A DNA stretch of 43,855 nt from Candidatus Eiseniibacteriota bacterium (GTDB taxonomy: Bacteria; Eisenbacteria; RBG-16-71-46; SZUA-252): contig JANMQV010000199.1 of NCBI GenBank assembly GCA_031370645.1, positions 1 through 43,855 on the forward strand. Reading direction: 5' to 3'. How positions within the stretch are numbered: position 1 is the stretch's first letter; every line of letters begins with the position of its first letter. Positions 35,114 through 43,855 of the stretch are shown here, in pieces. The translations under genes were made by a program, and so were the position numbers. The notes beneath the pieces are model-generated. The model was not told where the DNA came from. It saw only the letters and a program-made list of their open reading frames with translations, and ran no database searches.

Positions 35114-36441
35114 ACAGCGCGTTCCGGCTTCGCTCCGGCTCGATACTGTTGATCGCGGCGCTCTCCGCGCTGACGGGGTGTTCGGGCGCGCCCGCTCCGG
35201 CAACGGGCTCGGGCGCGACGGCGAAGGCGGCCGGCAACGCGGGGCGCCCCGGAGTCTGGCACCCCGGCAAACCGGACACGCTCGGCCCGACGGTGGCGGT
35301 TTTCGGTAGCCGGCGCTTCACACGGCACGAGATGGATTCGGTGATCGCGACCGCGCCGCCCGACATCCAGGCGCGGCTTCGCACCCCGGACGGCTACCGT
35401 CAGCTCATCGAGCGGCTGATCTTCGAGGAGACGATTCTCAAGCTCGCCGAACACGAGAGGATCGAGGACGATCCCGGCTACCGGGCCGAACTCGCGAAAG
35501 CCGCTCGGAGCGCGAAGATGCGGACCTACTACAACCGCCGGCTCGCCGCGCTGCCGGAGCCTTCCGATTCGCTCGTCCGCGCGACCTACGATTCGACGCT
35601 CGCGGAGTACCACATCCCGGCCCGCATCCGCGTGCGCCACATCTTGGTCAACACGCAGCGCGAGGCGCAGACGATTCGCGGGCGGCTCGTGAAAGGCGCG
35701 CTCTGGGACGCGGTCTGCAAGCAGCACTCGCTCGACGCGGTCACGAAAGAGCGGGGCGGCCTTGTCGGTTACCTCTCCAAGGAGGCCGAGCAAGTGCCCG
35801 GCATCGGCAACGCCCCAGCGATCGTCGCCGCCGCGTTCCTACTTAAGGAAGGCGACGTCAGCCAGCCGCTCAAGGGCCCGAAGGGGTGGCATCTGATCAA
35901 GGTCGACAATCTCGAGGAGGCGTCCGTCCAGCCGTTCGATCAAGTTCAGAAGCGGATCCGCTCCGATCTGGAAGGGAAGATCCAGGAGCAGTTCTCGACC
36001 GCACTCACGGAGTCGCTCAAGACGGTCGCCAACGCGGCCATCTTCGACGACTCGATCGCGGTCGCGCTGGAACCGGCCCGCACGCCGATGGAGTACTTCA
36101 AGGACGCGCAGGCCGCGGTTTCGCCCGACGACCGGATCGCTCTCTACAAGAAGGTGATCGCGAAATTCCCCCAGGACTCGGTCACGGTGCAGGCGCGCTT
36201 CATGATCGGATTCACCTACGCCGAGGATCTCGGCGACTACGAGGCGGCCAAAGAGGCGTTCGGGGATTTCTTGGAGCACCACCCGACCTCCGAATTGGCG
36301 ACGTCGGCCCGCTGGATGCTCGAGAACATGGAGAAAGCGCCTCCCCCCATGCAGGAGGATGCCGCGCCCCCGGACAGCACGAATGCGCCGCCGGGAGCCG
36401 GTGGAGGAAAGCAGCCGGAACGGGCGCGTCACATTCCATGA
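35110..36441 (+). CDS. Parvulin-type peptidyl-prolyl isomerase lipoprotein with TPR-like C-terminal domain
   Basis: Lipobox LTGC; RVRHILV, HSLD...GGLVG, VSQPLK...GWHLIK; C-terminal helical repeat (ARFMIGFTY..DLGDYEAAK..F..FL...P.S). Confidence 0.85.
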   Translation: MNSAFRLRSGSILLIAALSALTGCSGAPAPATGSGATAKAAGNAGRPGVWHPGKPDTLGPTVAVFGSRRFTRHEMDSVIATAPPDIQARLRTPDGYRQLIERLIFEETILKLAEHERIEDDPGYRAELAKAARSAKMRTYYNRRLAALPEPSDSLVRATYDSTLAEYHIPARIRVRHILVNTQREAQTIRGRLVKGALWDAVCKQHSLDAVTKERGGLVGYLSKEAEQVPGIGNAPAIVAAAFLLKEGDVSQPLKGPKGWHLIKVDNLEEASVQPFDQVQKRIRSDLEGKIQEQFSTALTESLKTVANAAIFDDSIAVALEPARTPMEYFKDAQAAVSPDDRIALYKKVIAKFPQDSVTVQARFMIGFTYAEDLGDYEAAKEAFGDFLEHHPTSELATSARWMLENMEKAPPPMQEDAAPPDSTNAPPGAGGGKQPERARHIP

Positions 36442-36956
36442 GCATGATTCCGGTCCGGGTCGGGGGCCTCGCCATCGACGAGCGGACCAAAAGCCCTGTC
36501 GTGCTGCTCCAGGAAATCGAGGGACCCCGCGTCCTTCCGATCTGGATCGGTCCGATGGAGGCGAGCGCGATCCACAGTGAACTGACGGGAAAAAAGTTTC
36601 AGCGACCCCTCACGCACGATCTGCTTCTCTCCATCATCGAGGGGCTGCACGGCAAGGTTTCCCGCGTCGTCATCACCGACCTCAAGGAAAGCACTTTCTT
36701 CGCGAGCATCTTCCTCGACGGGGGACACGGGCCCGTTTCCGTGGACGCCCGGCCGAGCGATTCGATCGCGGTCGCGCTGCGTTCGCGCGCGCCGATCTTC
36801 ATCATCGACTCCCTCTTCGAAAAATCGACTCAGACTCCGGCTCCCGAATCGCCGGCCGAGAAGAGCCCCGAGGAGAAGGCCGAGGAACTCCGGCGCTACT
36901 TGGAAGGGCTCCATCCCGAGGACTTCGGTAGCCAGTGGAAAACCGAGGACCTCTGA
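36438..36956 (+). CDS. Bifunctional nuclease family protein (DUF151)
   Basis: PVVLL, LPIWIG..EA..I, RPLTHDL, DARPSDSIAVALR. Confidence 0.92.
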   Translation: MSMIPVRVGGLAIDERTKSPVVLLQEIEGPRVLPIWIGPMEASAIHSELTGKKFQRPLTHDLLLSIIEGLHGKVSRVVITDLKESTFFASIFLDGGHGPVSVDARPSDSIAVALRSRAPIFIIDSLFEKSTQTPAPESPAEKSPEEKAEELRRYLEGLHPEDFGSQWKTEDL

Positions 36957-37474
36957 TCGCGCCCTTCGGGGAGAAGGCGCCGGTCGTCCCCTCGTCGGTC
37001 TTCGTCGCGCCCACCGCCGTCGTGGTGGGCGACGTTGTCTTCGGTGAAGGGGCGAGTGTTTGGTACGGCGCGGTGGTGCGCGGCGACGTCGGTCCGATCC
37101 GCGTCGGCGCCCGCACGAATATCCAAGATGGTTGCGTGCTTCACGTCACGGGCGGACTTCCCGGGCTGTCCGTGGGCGACGAGGTGACCGTCGGTCACCG
37201 CGCCGTGCTCCACGGAGCCACGATTCACGATCGCTGCCTCATCGGGATGGGCGCCGTGCTGCTCGATGGCTGCGAGATCGGCGAGGAGTCACTGATCGCC
37301 GCGGGGAGCGTCGTTCGCGGAGGGACTGTCGTCCCGCCCCGCTCCTTCGCCGCCGGTGTTCCCGCCGTGGTGAAGGGCCCTATTCCCGCCGCCATCCTCG
37401 CGCGTCTTCGCGCTTCCGCCGAAGGATACGTGCTCCTCGCCCGTGAGCACGCCGCGATCCATGCCGCGTCCTGA
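36935..37474 (+). CDS. Gamma carbonic anhydrase family hexapeptide-repeat protein
   Basis: SVWYGAVVRGD, TNIQDGCVLH, TVGHRAVLHG, LIGMGA. Confidence 0.92.
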   Translation: MENRGPLIAPFGEKAPVVPSSVFVAPTAVVVGDVVFGEGASVWYGAVVRGDVGPIRVGARTNIQDGCVLHVTGGLPGLSVGDEVTVGHRAVLHGATIHDRCLIGMGAVLLDGCEIGEESLIAAGSVVRGGTVVPPRSFAAGVPAVVKGPIPAAILARLRASAEGYVLLAREHAAIHAAS

Positions 37475-38891
37475 CCCGAGCGCTGTGCGCGCGATCGTGC
37501 GCCCGATTCTGGCATGGCTCCTGGCCGCGGCGTTCCTCGCGAACGCCTCCGCGGCCGCTCCGACACCCTCGACCTCACCCTCCGGGAAACGCTATCCGTT
37601 CGGGCGGCCCGGGGAACTGAAGGCGCGGCTTCTCCTCGAGCCGAACGCGCCGCTCGCCCCTTCATGGGCGATCGAATACGCGGGGCTCGTGGAAATCGAT
37701 CGCCTCGATCCGCCGGCGCGCGCCGCCGAGCGCCTCTGGGCCGCGCGCATCGGGCTCTCCGCACCCCGCGTGAAGTCGGGGGAACGGAAGCGGCTTCAAG
37801 CGATCGCCGCTCCGCTCGAGCGGGCGCCCCTCGATTCGATTCCGATCAAGCGGGCGGCGCAGGGGCTCACGAAGATCGGCGTGGTGGTGCCGCTCTCGGG
37901 GCGCTACGAGCGCTACGGCAAGACCTTCGTGAACGGAATCCGAATCGCGGCCGAGGAGCACAATCGCGATTGGGAGCCGACGATTCGGCTCATCCTCCAC
38001 GATTCGGAAGGAGATCCCCTCGTCGGCGCCAAAAAGGCTCGCTGGCTCCTCAAGGATCACGGTGTCTCGATTCTGGTGGGGGAACTCTTCACGGCGAACA
38101 CGGCGCCGCTTGCCGCGGCCACGCAGGTGATCGGGGCGGTGCTCCTCTCGCCGTCCGCTACGAACGAGCGGCTAGCGACCCTCGGTGACGGGATCTTTCA
38201 GCTCCATCTCGGTGTGGCCGCCGCGGCGGGCGCGCTGGCGGGGCACCTCGCGTCCGAGCATCCGAAATCGACGGCGGCGCTCCTGATCGCCGCCACGCCA
38301 GACGATTCCTCGCGGGCCATTGTCGTGGCCGACGCTCTGGAACGCGCCGGCATCGGAATCGTCGGCATCGGGCGGCTCCCCGAAGGGACGGCCGACGCGA
38401 CGAAGACGATCGCGGCCCTCCGCGCCAAGCGGCCGAACGCGCTCATCCTCCTCGCCCCGGCGCGGATCGTCGGTGTCGTGGCGCCGCAGTTCCCCTCGGC
38501 GTGGCCGGGGGTGCATGTGTACGGATTCGACGATCTCGATCCGGAGGGATTGAACCGGGAAGCGCGCGACGCGCTGGAGGGGGCGACACTTTTCCTCAGC
38601 GACTATGTCCTGGCCGGCGCCGTGCGCGATTCGTTCGAAGTGCGCTACCAGAGGGCGAACGGGGAGGCTCCGACGCGCATGGCGGTCCGCGGCTACTTGG
38701 CCGGTCTCGCCATCGCGCGAGGCGTCGAGGGAGGCGCCGCCACCACTTCCATGCTTCGGGAAGCGCTTCGGAGCCAGGTCTACGAAACCGACGAGGGACG
38801 CGCCCTTCGCGCGCTTCGGCCGGTCGTTCCCGCGTTCGCGGAACGGCTTGTTATTCGTCAAGGCCGCGCCGTCGACCCGAAGAGCCCTTGA
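37461..38891 (+). CDS. Exported protein with type-1 periplasmic-binding (LppC/Liv-like) domain
   Basis: Signal peptide ending ASA; KIGVVVPLSGRYERYGK, HDSEGDP, LLSPSAT; N-terminal extension of about 100 aa. Confidence 0.75.
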   Translation: MPRPDPSAVRAIVRPILAWLLAAAFLANASAAAPTPSTSPSGKRYPFGRPGELKARLLLEPNAPLAPSWAIEYAGLVEIDRLDPPARAAERLWAARIGLSAPRVKSGERKRLQAIAAPLERAPLDSIPIKRAAQGLTKIGVVVPLSGRYERYGKTFVNGIRIAAEEHNRDWEPTIRLILHDSEGDPLVGAKKARWLLKDHGVSILVGELFTANTAPLAAATQVIGAVLLSPSATNERLATLGDGIFQLHLGVAAAAGALAGHLASEHPKSTAALLIAATPDDSSRAIVVADALERAGIGIVGIGRLPEGTADATKTIAALRAKRPNALILLAPARIVGVVAPQFPSAWPGVHVYGFDDLDPEGLNREARDALEGATLFLSDYVLAGAVRDSFEVRYQRANGEAPTRMAVRGYLAGLAIARGVEGGAATTSMLREALRSQVYETDEGRALRALRPVVPAFAERLVIRQGRAVDPKSP

Positions 38892-38977
38892 ATCGCCCTG
38901 TACGTTCGGCTACGGTCGACCTGAATCGAGAATGGAGTTCTATGGTCCTCAAACACTTACGGGATGGAGGCAGACCC

Positions 38978-40171
38978 ATGAACCGACGGAACATGATGTT
39001 CCGCGCGGCCGCGCTTCTCGGTCTTCTCCTCGCCTTCGCGGCGGGGTGCGCCAAGCAGTCGAATGTAATCCCGATCGGGGTCTACGGATCCCTTACCGGG
39101 GGGACCGCCACGTTCGGCATCTCCTCGAAGCAGGGCATCGAGCTCTTCATGGACAACGTCAATTCGGTCGGCGGCGTCGCCGGCACGAAGCTCCATATCC
39201 AGGTCGAGGACGATCAGTCGAAGCCGGAAGAAGCGGCGACCGCGGTGCAGAAGCTCATCGATCAGGACGGCGTGATCGCCGTTCTCGGTGAAGTGGCGTC
39301 CAGCCGGAGCATGGCGGCGGCACCGATCTGCCAGCAGGCGGGCGTGCCGATGATCAGTCCGTCCTCGACCAACCCCAAGGTGACCGAACTCGGCGACTAC
39401 ATCTCGCGCGTCTGCTACATCGACCCGTTCCAGGGCATGGTGATCGCGAAGTTCGCGCGCCAGACGCTCCATCTCACGAAGGCGGCGGTATTCCGCGACA
39501 ACAAGAACGACTACAGTGTCGGCCTCGCCAACTATTTCTCCGAGTCGTTCCACGCCATGGGCGGTACCGTCGTCTCCGACGAGGCCTACTCCGAGGGCGA
39601 CCAAGACTTCAAGGCCCAGCTGACGGTCATCAAGCAGAAGAAGCCGCAGTTCATCGTCGTGCCGGGCTACTACACCGAGGTGGCCCTGATCGCCCGCCAA
39701 GCGCGCGAGCTCGGGATCGACGTTCCGCTCCTGGGCGGCGACGGCTGGGTCTCGGACCGCCTCCTCGAGATCGCTCAGGACGCGCTGAATGGCTCCTACT
39801 TCGTGAGCCACTACTGGGAGAAGGATCCGAATCCCGCCATCCAGAAGTTCGTGGCCGACTACCGCGCCCGCTACAACTCCACGCCCGACGCCCTTGCGGC
39901 GCTCGCGTACGACGCGGCCGGAGTCCTCGTGAATTCGCTCGAGATGCTGAACAAGCAGGATCCCGCCGCCTTCAAGTCGCTCTCCGGGCCGCGGAGCGAG
40001 AAGCAGAAGGCCGCGCGCGCGAAGCTCCGCGACCTGATCAACGGCACGAAGGACTATCCCGGAGTCACGGGGAAGATCACGCTCGACGGGAAGCGTAACG
40101 CCGTGAAGTCCGCGACCTTCCTCGGGATCAAGAACCACGAGTACGAGTTCGTCGCCGTCGTCGAGCCGTAG
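38978..40171 (+). CDS. Branched-chain amino acid ABC transporter substrate-binding lipoprotein
   Basis: SD GGAGG; lipobox AAGC; SLTGGTATFG, DDQSKPEEA, ISPSSTNP, DYSVGLA, DFKAQL, YPGVTG. Confidence 0.93.
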   Translation: MNRRNMMFRAAALLGLLLAFAAGCAKQSNVIPIGVYGSLTGGTATFGISSKQGIELFMDNVNSVGGVAGTKLHIQVEDDQSKPEEAATAVQKLIDQDGVIAVLGEVASSRSMAAAPICQQAGVPMISPSSTNPKVTELGDYISRVCYIDPFQGMVIAKFARQTLHLTKAAVFRDNKNDYSVGLANYFSESFHAMGGTVVSDEAYSEGDQDFKAQLTVIKQKKPQFIVVPGYYTEVALIARQARELGIDVPLLGGDGWVSDRLLEIAQDALNGSYFVSHYWEKDPNPAIQKFVADYRARYNSTPDALAALAYDAAGVLVNSLEMLNKQDPAAFKSLSGPRSEKQKAARAKLRDLINGTKDYPGVTGKITLDGKRNAVKSATFLGIKNHEYEFVAVVEP

Positions 40172-40185
40172 GCGCCGCGGGCTCC

Positions 40186-41091
40186 GTGCAGGAACTCTTT
40201 CAGCAACTGGCGAACGGGATCGCGTGGGGGAGCATTTACGCCCTCATCGCGCTCGGCTACACCATGGTCTACGGCATCCTGCGCCTCATCAACTTCGCGC
40301 ACGGTGACATCTATATGGTGGGGGCCTTCGCGGCCTACTACCTCGCGCGCCTGCTTCATGCGGGAGGGCCGGAGCCGTCGCCGATCCTGGCGGCGGTCGT
40401 GCTCCTCGGCTCCATGGCGATCTGCGCGGGGCTCGGCGTGGCGATCGAGTACTTCGCCTATCGACCCGTCCGGAAGTCGGGGCGTCTCACGGCCCTCATC
40501 ACCGCCATCGGCGTCTCCCTTCTCCTCGAAAATTTGGGAATCCGGATCTTCGGCGCCGATCCGAAGTTCTTTCCCCAGCTCGTCGCGCCCCGGACGATCA
40601 CCCTCATGGAGGGGGTGATCGTCACGAACCACCAGATCACGGTCGTGATCATCTCGATCGTATTGATGGTGGCGCTCACGCTCTTCGTGCAGCGGACGCG
40701 GACCGGGAAGGCGATGCGGGCGGTGGCGTTCAACCGCGACGCCGCGAGCCTCATGGGGATTCCGGTGAATCGGATCATCACGATCACCTTCGCCATCGGC
40801 TCGGCGCTCGCCGCGGCCGCCGGGGTGCTCGTGGGACTGACGAATCCGAAGATTGAGCCGCTCATGGGAATCATGCCGGGCGTGAAGGCCTTCGTGGCCG
40901 CCGTCCTCGGCGGGATCGGTAGCATTCCCGGCGCGGTCATCGGGGGGCTCGTCATGGGCGTCTCGGAGTACCTCGTCGTCGGCTACATCTCCTCGACCTA
41001 CCGCGACGCGATCGCGTTCATCATCCTGATCCTGGTCCTGCTCCTCAAGCCGGCCGGGCTTCTGGGACGAAACGTTGCCGAGAAAGTCTAA
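40186..41091 (+). CDS. livH: Branched-chain amino acid ABC transporter permease
   Basis: GSIYALIALGYTMVYGIL.LINFAHG, GKAMRA, KAFVAAVLGGIGSIPGA. Confidence 0.96.
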   Translation: MQELFQQLANGIAWGSIYALIALGYTMVYGILRLINFAHGDIYMVGAFAAYYLARLLHAGGPEPSPILAAVVLLGSMAICAGLGVAIEYFAYRPVRKSGRLTALITAIGVSLLLENLGIRIFGADPKFFPQLVAPRTITLMEGVIVTNHQITVVIISIVLMVALTLFVQRTRTGKAMRAVAFNRDAASLMGIPVNRIITITFAIGSALAAAAGVLVGLTNPKIEPLMGIMPGVKAFVAAVLGGIGSIPGAVIGGLVMGVSEYLVVGYISSTYRDAIAFIILILVLLLKPAGLLGRNVAEKV

Positions 41092-42079
41092 GAGCACCCT
41101 TCGCGCTCTCGCCGTCACGCTCGTGATCGTGGCGGGGGCGTGGGCGCTCAATGCCGCCGGCACGGCGTACCTCAATCCCTACGTTTACCGAATCCTCGTT
41201 CTCTGTGGGATCAACGTGATCCTCGCCTTGAGTCTCAATCTGGTGAACGGGGTGACGGGGCAGTTCTCCATCGGCCACGCCGGATTCATGGCCGTCGGCG
41301 CGTATGTCTCCGCCGCCTTCACGGTCTACGCCACGCCACGGTTCTTCGGCGTGATGCCGGGCGCCTCGGCGCTCTCCTCGGCCCTTCCGTTCGTGATCGC
41401 GCTTCTCCTGGGGGGAGTTGTGGCGGGCGTAGCGGGGTTTCTGGTCGGATTACCCTCCATGCGGCTTCGCGGCGACTACCTCGCCATCGTCACGCTCGGC
41501 TTCGGCGAGATCATTCGCGTCGCCATTCTGAACATCGACGCCGTGGGAGGCGCGCGAGGCTTCGCGGGGATCCCGCAGCGGACCGACCTCGCATGGGTCG
41601 CGGCGGTGGCGGCGCTGACGTTCGTCTTCCTCCGAAACCTGATTCGCTCCTATCATGGGCGCGCGCTCCTCGCCATCCGGGAGGACGAGATCGCGGCCGA
41701 GGCCCTCGGGGTACCGACCACGCGCTACAAGGTCTCGGCGTTCGTGATCGCCGCCTTCTGCGCGGGCGTGGCGGGCGGGCTCTTCTCCCACTACACCTAC
41801 CTCCACACGAACTCCTTCACGTTCATGAAGTCGATCGAGGTGATCGTGATGGTCGTTCTCGGCGGCATGGGGAGCCTCACGGGTTCGGTGCTCGGCGCCT
41901 TCATCCTGACCGCGCTCCCCGAGGTGCTTCGATTCGCGAGCTCCGAACGGCTCATCATCTATTCGCTCCTCCTCATCGTGTTGATGATCGCGCGGCCCCA
42001 GGGGCTTTTGGGGCGCTGGGAGTTCTCGTGGCGCCGGCTCTTCTCGCGAAGGCCGAAGGCTCCGACGGAGGTGGCGTGA
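41075..42079 (+). CDS. livM: Branched-chain amino acid ABC transporter permease
   Basis: GQFSIGHAGF, LRGDYLAIVTLGFGEI, AIREDEIAA, VVLGGMGS. Confidence 0.95.
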   Translation: MPRKSKSTLRALAVTLVIVAGAWALNAAGTAYLNPYVYRILVLCGINVILALSLNLVNGVTGQFSIGHAGFMAVGAYVSAAFTVYATPRFFGVMPGASALSSALPFVIALLLGGVVAGVAGFLVGLPSMRLRGDYLAIVTLGFGEIIRVAILNIDAVGGARGFAGIPQRTDLAWVAAVAALTFVFLRNLIRSYHGRALLAIREDEIAAEALGVPTTRYKVSAFVIAAFCAGVAGGLFSHYTYLHTNSFTFMKSIEVIVMVVLGGMGSLTGSVLGAFILTALPEVLRFASSERLIIYSLLLIVLMIARPQGLLGRWEFSWRRLFSRRPKAPTEVA

Positions 42080-42891
42080 CCGCCGCCGCTCTGCCCGCGA
42101 TCACGCGCCACGAAGCGGTCGCGCGCGGGCCGATCCTGCGAGTGGAGAACGTCACACGCGCCTTCGGGGGACTGAAGGCGGTCTCCGAACTCAATCTCGA
42201 GTTGCCGCGCGGCATCCTGGCGGGGCTCATCGGCCCGAACGGGGCGGGGAAGACCACGGTCTTCAATCTCGTCACCGGCGTGTACGCGCCGACTCACGGC
42301 ACGATTCGACTCGGAGAGCAGCCGATTCAGGGGCGCCTTCCGAGCACCATCGCCCGGCTGGGTGTCGCCCGAACCTTTCAGAATCCGCGCCTCTTTTCCG
42401 ACCTTTCCTGCATCGACAATGTCCGCGTCGCCTGCCACCTCCAGGCCGGCGCCACGTTCGCCGACAGCGTCTTCCGCACAGCGCGATCGGAGCGGGAGGA
42501 GGCGGTGATGCTCGAGCGAAGCGAGTCGCTCCTCGCCGACTTCGGCCTCTCGCCCTATCGGTACGAGAAGGCGCGGAATCTCCCCTACGGCGACCAGCGT
42601 CGCCTGGAGATCGCGCGCGCCCTCGCGGCGGAGCCGAAGCTCCTCCTCTTGGACGAGCCGGCGGCGGGAATGAATCCGCAGGAGAGCCAATCGCTGATGC
42701 GCCTGATCCACGACATCCGCGATCGCTACGCGCTGACGGTGCTCCTCATCGAGCACGACATGAAGGTCGTCATGGGAATTTGCGAGCGGATCACCGTGCT
42801 CGATCATGGCGTGAAGATCGCCGAAGGGCCGCCGGCCGAGATCCGCCGCGACCCGAAGGTGATCGAGGCGTACTTGGGCGAGGAGCCGTGA
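42076..42891 (+). CDS. livG: Branched-chain amino acid ABC transporter ATP-binding protein
   Basis: FGGLKAV, GPNGAGKTT, ARTFQN, LPYGDQRRLEIARAL, LLDEPAAG, EHDM. Confidence 0.96.
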   Translation: MTAAALPAITRHEAVARGPILRVENVTRAFGGLKAVSELNLELPRGILAGLIGPNGAGKTTVFNLVTGVYAPTHGTIRLGEQPIQGRLPSTIARLGVARTFQNPRLFSDLSCIDNVRVACHLQAGATFADSVFRTARSEREEAVMLERSESLLADFGLSPYRYEKARNLPYGDQRRLEIARALAAEPKLLLLDEPAAGMNPQESQSLMRLIHDIRDRYALTVLLIEHDMKVVMGICERITVLDHGVKIAEGPPAEIRRDPKVIEAYLGEEP

Positions 42892-43607
42892 GCCTTCTCG
42901 AGTTGGAGGACCTCCACGTCCACTACGGCGCGATCCACGCGCTCAAGGGTGTGTCGATCCGCGTCGAGAAGGGACAGATCGTCACGCTCGTCGGCGCGAA
43001 CGGGGCCGGGAAGAGCACGACGCTCCGCGCGCTGTCGGGGCTCCTGAAGCCGAGCCGCGGCGCGATCCGGTTCGACGGAAAGGATCTCGTCGGGATGCCG
43101 GCGCACGAGATCGTCCGGCTCGGAATGTCGCACGTTCCGGAAGGGCGCATCGTGTTCGCGAACCTCTCCGTGCTCGAAAATCTCGACCTCGGCGCCTATC
43201 TCCGGCGGGATCGCGCGGGAATTCGCGACGACCTGCGGAAGATCTTCCGTCTCTTCCCGCGACTGGAAGAACGGAAGCACCAGGCTTCCGGCACGCTGAG
43301 CGGCGGGGAGCAGCAGATGCTCGCCATCGGACGCGCGCTCATGGCGCGACCGGCGCTCCTCCTCCTCGACGAGCCGTCGCTCGGCCTCGCCCCGATTCTT
43401 GTTCGCGAGATCTTCACGGTCGTGCGGGAAATTCGAGAGCGGGGGACGACGATCGTGCTCGTGGAGCAGAACGCGCGCCAGGCGCTGGCGGTGGCGGACG
43501 TCGGCTACGTGTTGGAGACGGGCTCCGTTCGGCTTACCGATCGGGCCGTGTCGCTCCTCGATAATCCCTACGTCCAGGAGTGCTACCTCGGGGGGGGCGC
43601 GACATGA
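42888..43607 (+). CDS. livF: Branched-chain amino acid ABC transporter ATP-binding protein
   Basis: YGAIHAL, GANGAGKST, VPEGR, LSGGEQQMLA, LDEPSLGLAP, VEQN. Confidence 0.96.
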   Translation: MSLLELEDLHVHYGAIHALKGVSIRVEKGQIVTLVGANGAGKSTTLRALSGLLKPSRGAIRFDGKDLVGMPAHEIVRLGMSHVPEGRIVFANLSVLENLDLGAYLRRDRAGIRDDLRKIFRLFPRLEERKHQASGTLSGGEQQMLAIGRALMARPALLLLDEPSLGLAPILVREIFTVVREIRERGTTIVLVEQNARQALAVADVGYVLETGSVRLTDRAVSLLDNPYVQECYLGGGAT

Positions 43608-43855
43608 GCACCAGGAAGAGCACCGGCGCCCGCGCGGCGGCCTCGCTACGCGGACTTCCCTCGGTCGACGCGCTCCTCAAGTCGGCTCCTCTCGAGGCGC
43701 TCGCGAAGCGCATTCCGCGGGCTCTCCTCGTCGCCGCCGCGCGGGAGGCGGTCGCCGCCTCTCGCGCGGCGCTCCGCGGCGGGGGCGCGGAACGTTCGCG
43801 CGGCGGAAGCGCCGCGAACGCCCCCCCGGTGCCCGACCCGGCGGCGCTCGCCGCC
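43604..43855 (+). CDS. selA: L-seryl-tRNA(Sec) selenium transferase, N-terminal fragment (runs off the window)
   Basis: ATG 43604 overlaps the livF stop; translation MSTRKSTGARAAASLRGLPSVDALLKSAPLEAL...LVAAAREAV matches the SelA N-terminal LPSVDxLL motif. Confidence 0.7.
   Translation, partial: MSTRKSTGARAAASLRGLPSVDALLKSAPLEALAKRIPRALLVAAAREAVAASRAALRGGGAERSRGGSAANAPPVPDPAALAA

Noticed and set aside
43590-43597. G8 tract as a phase-variation site
   Set aside because: It lies in the last codons of livF and most simply serves as the G-rich ribosome-binding site for selA.

Overview
High-GC bacterial chromosomal window, mostly core genome. The organism is probably diderm and from the FCB superphylum or a related candidate lineage such as Eisenbacteria; this is inferred from a FlgD/T9SS-like C-terminal sorting domain, a group II GGGP synthase and mglBA. 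Left end, minus strand: an OmpR-family regulator, a HAMP histidine kinase and a partial secreted serine hydrolase, divergent from a CDF transporter. The rest is almost entirely plus strand: five tRNAs around a hypothetical gene and tadA, SRP RNA, dnaX-ybaB, an ~8 kb accessory operon, recR-mglB-mglA-pgpA-cinA-(internally deleted thpR)-recA-recX-alaS, GGGPS-rmlA-rmlD-gmhA-UbiA-family-ispE-spoVG-tRNA-Gln-prs-rplY-pth-rpsF-rpsR-DUF2232-rplI, a PPIase/TPR lipoprotein, DUF151, a gamma-CA-like gene, an LppC-like gene, the liv ABC transporter and the start of selA. The strongest candidate for an undescribed system is the operon splitting ybaB from recR. It has the poly-gamma-glutamate core pgsB-pgsC-pgsW but no capA/capD/capE. 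It is coupled to a secreted Asp-box beta-propeller with a sorting domain, a two-repeat exported protein, a predicted outer-membrane beta-barrel and a CxxCH heme lipoprotein, which together could form a Gram-negative poly-gamma-glutamate export/display apparatus. Other notable signals: matched 11-bp-period direct-repeat boxes defining a small two-component regulon, structured RNA leaders before spoVG and prs, a consensus promoter hidden inside ispE, and an archaeal-type lipid enzyme within a sugar/prenyl cluster. All calls come from motif recognition by eye; no database searches were run.
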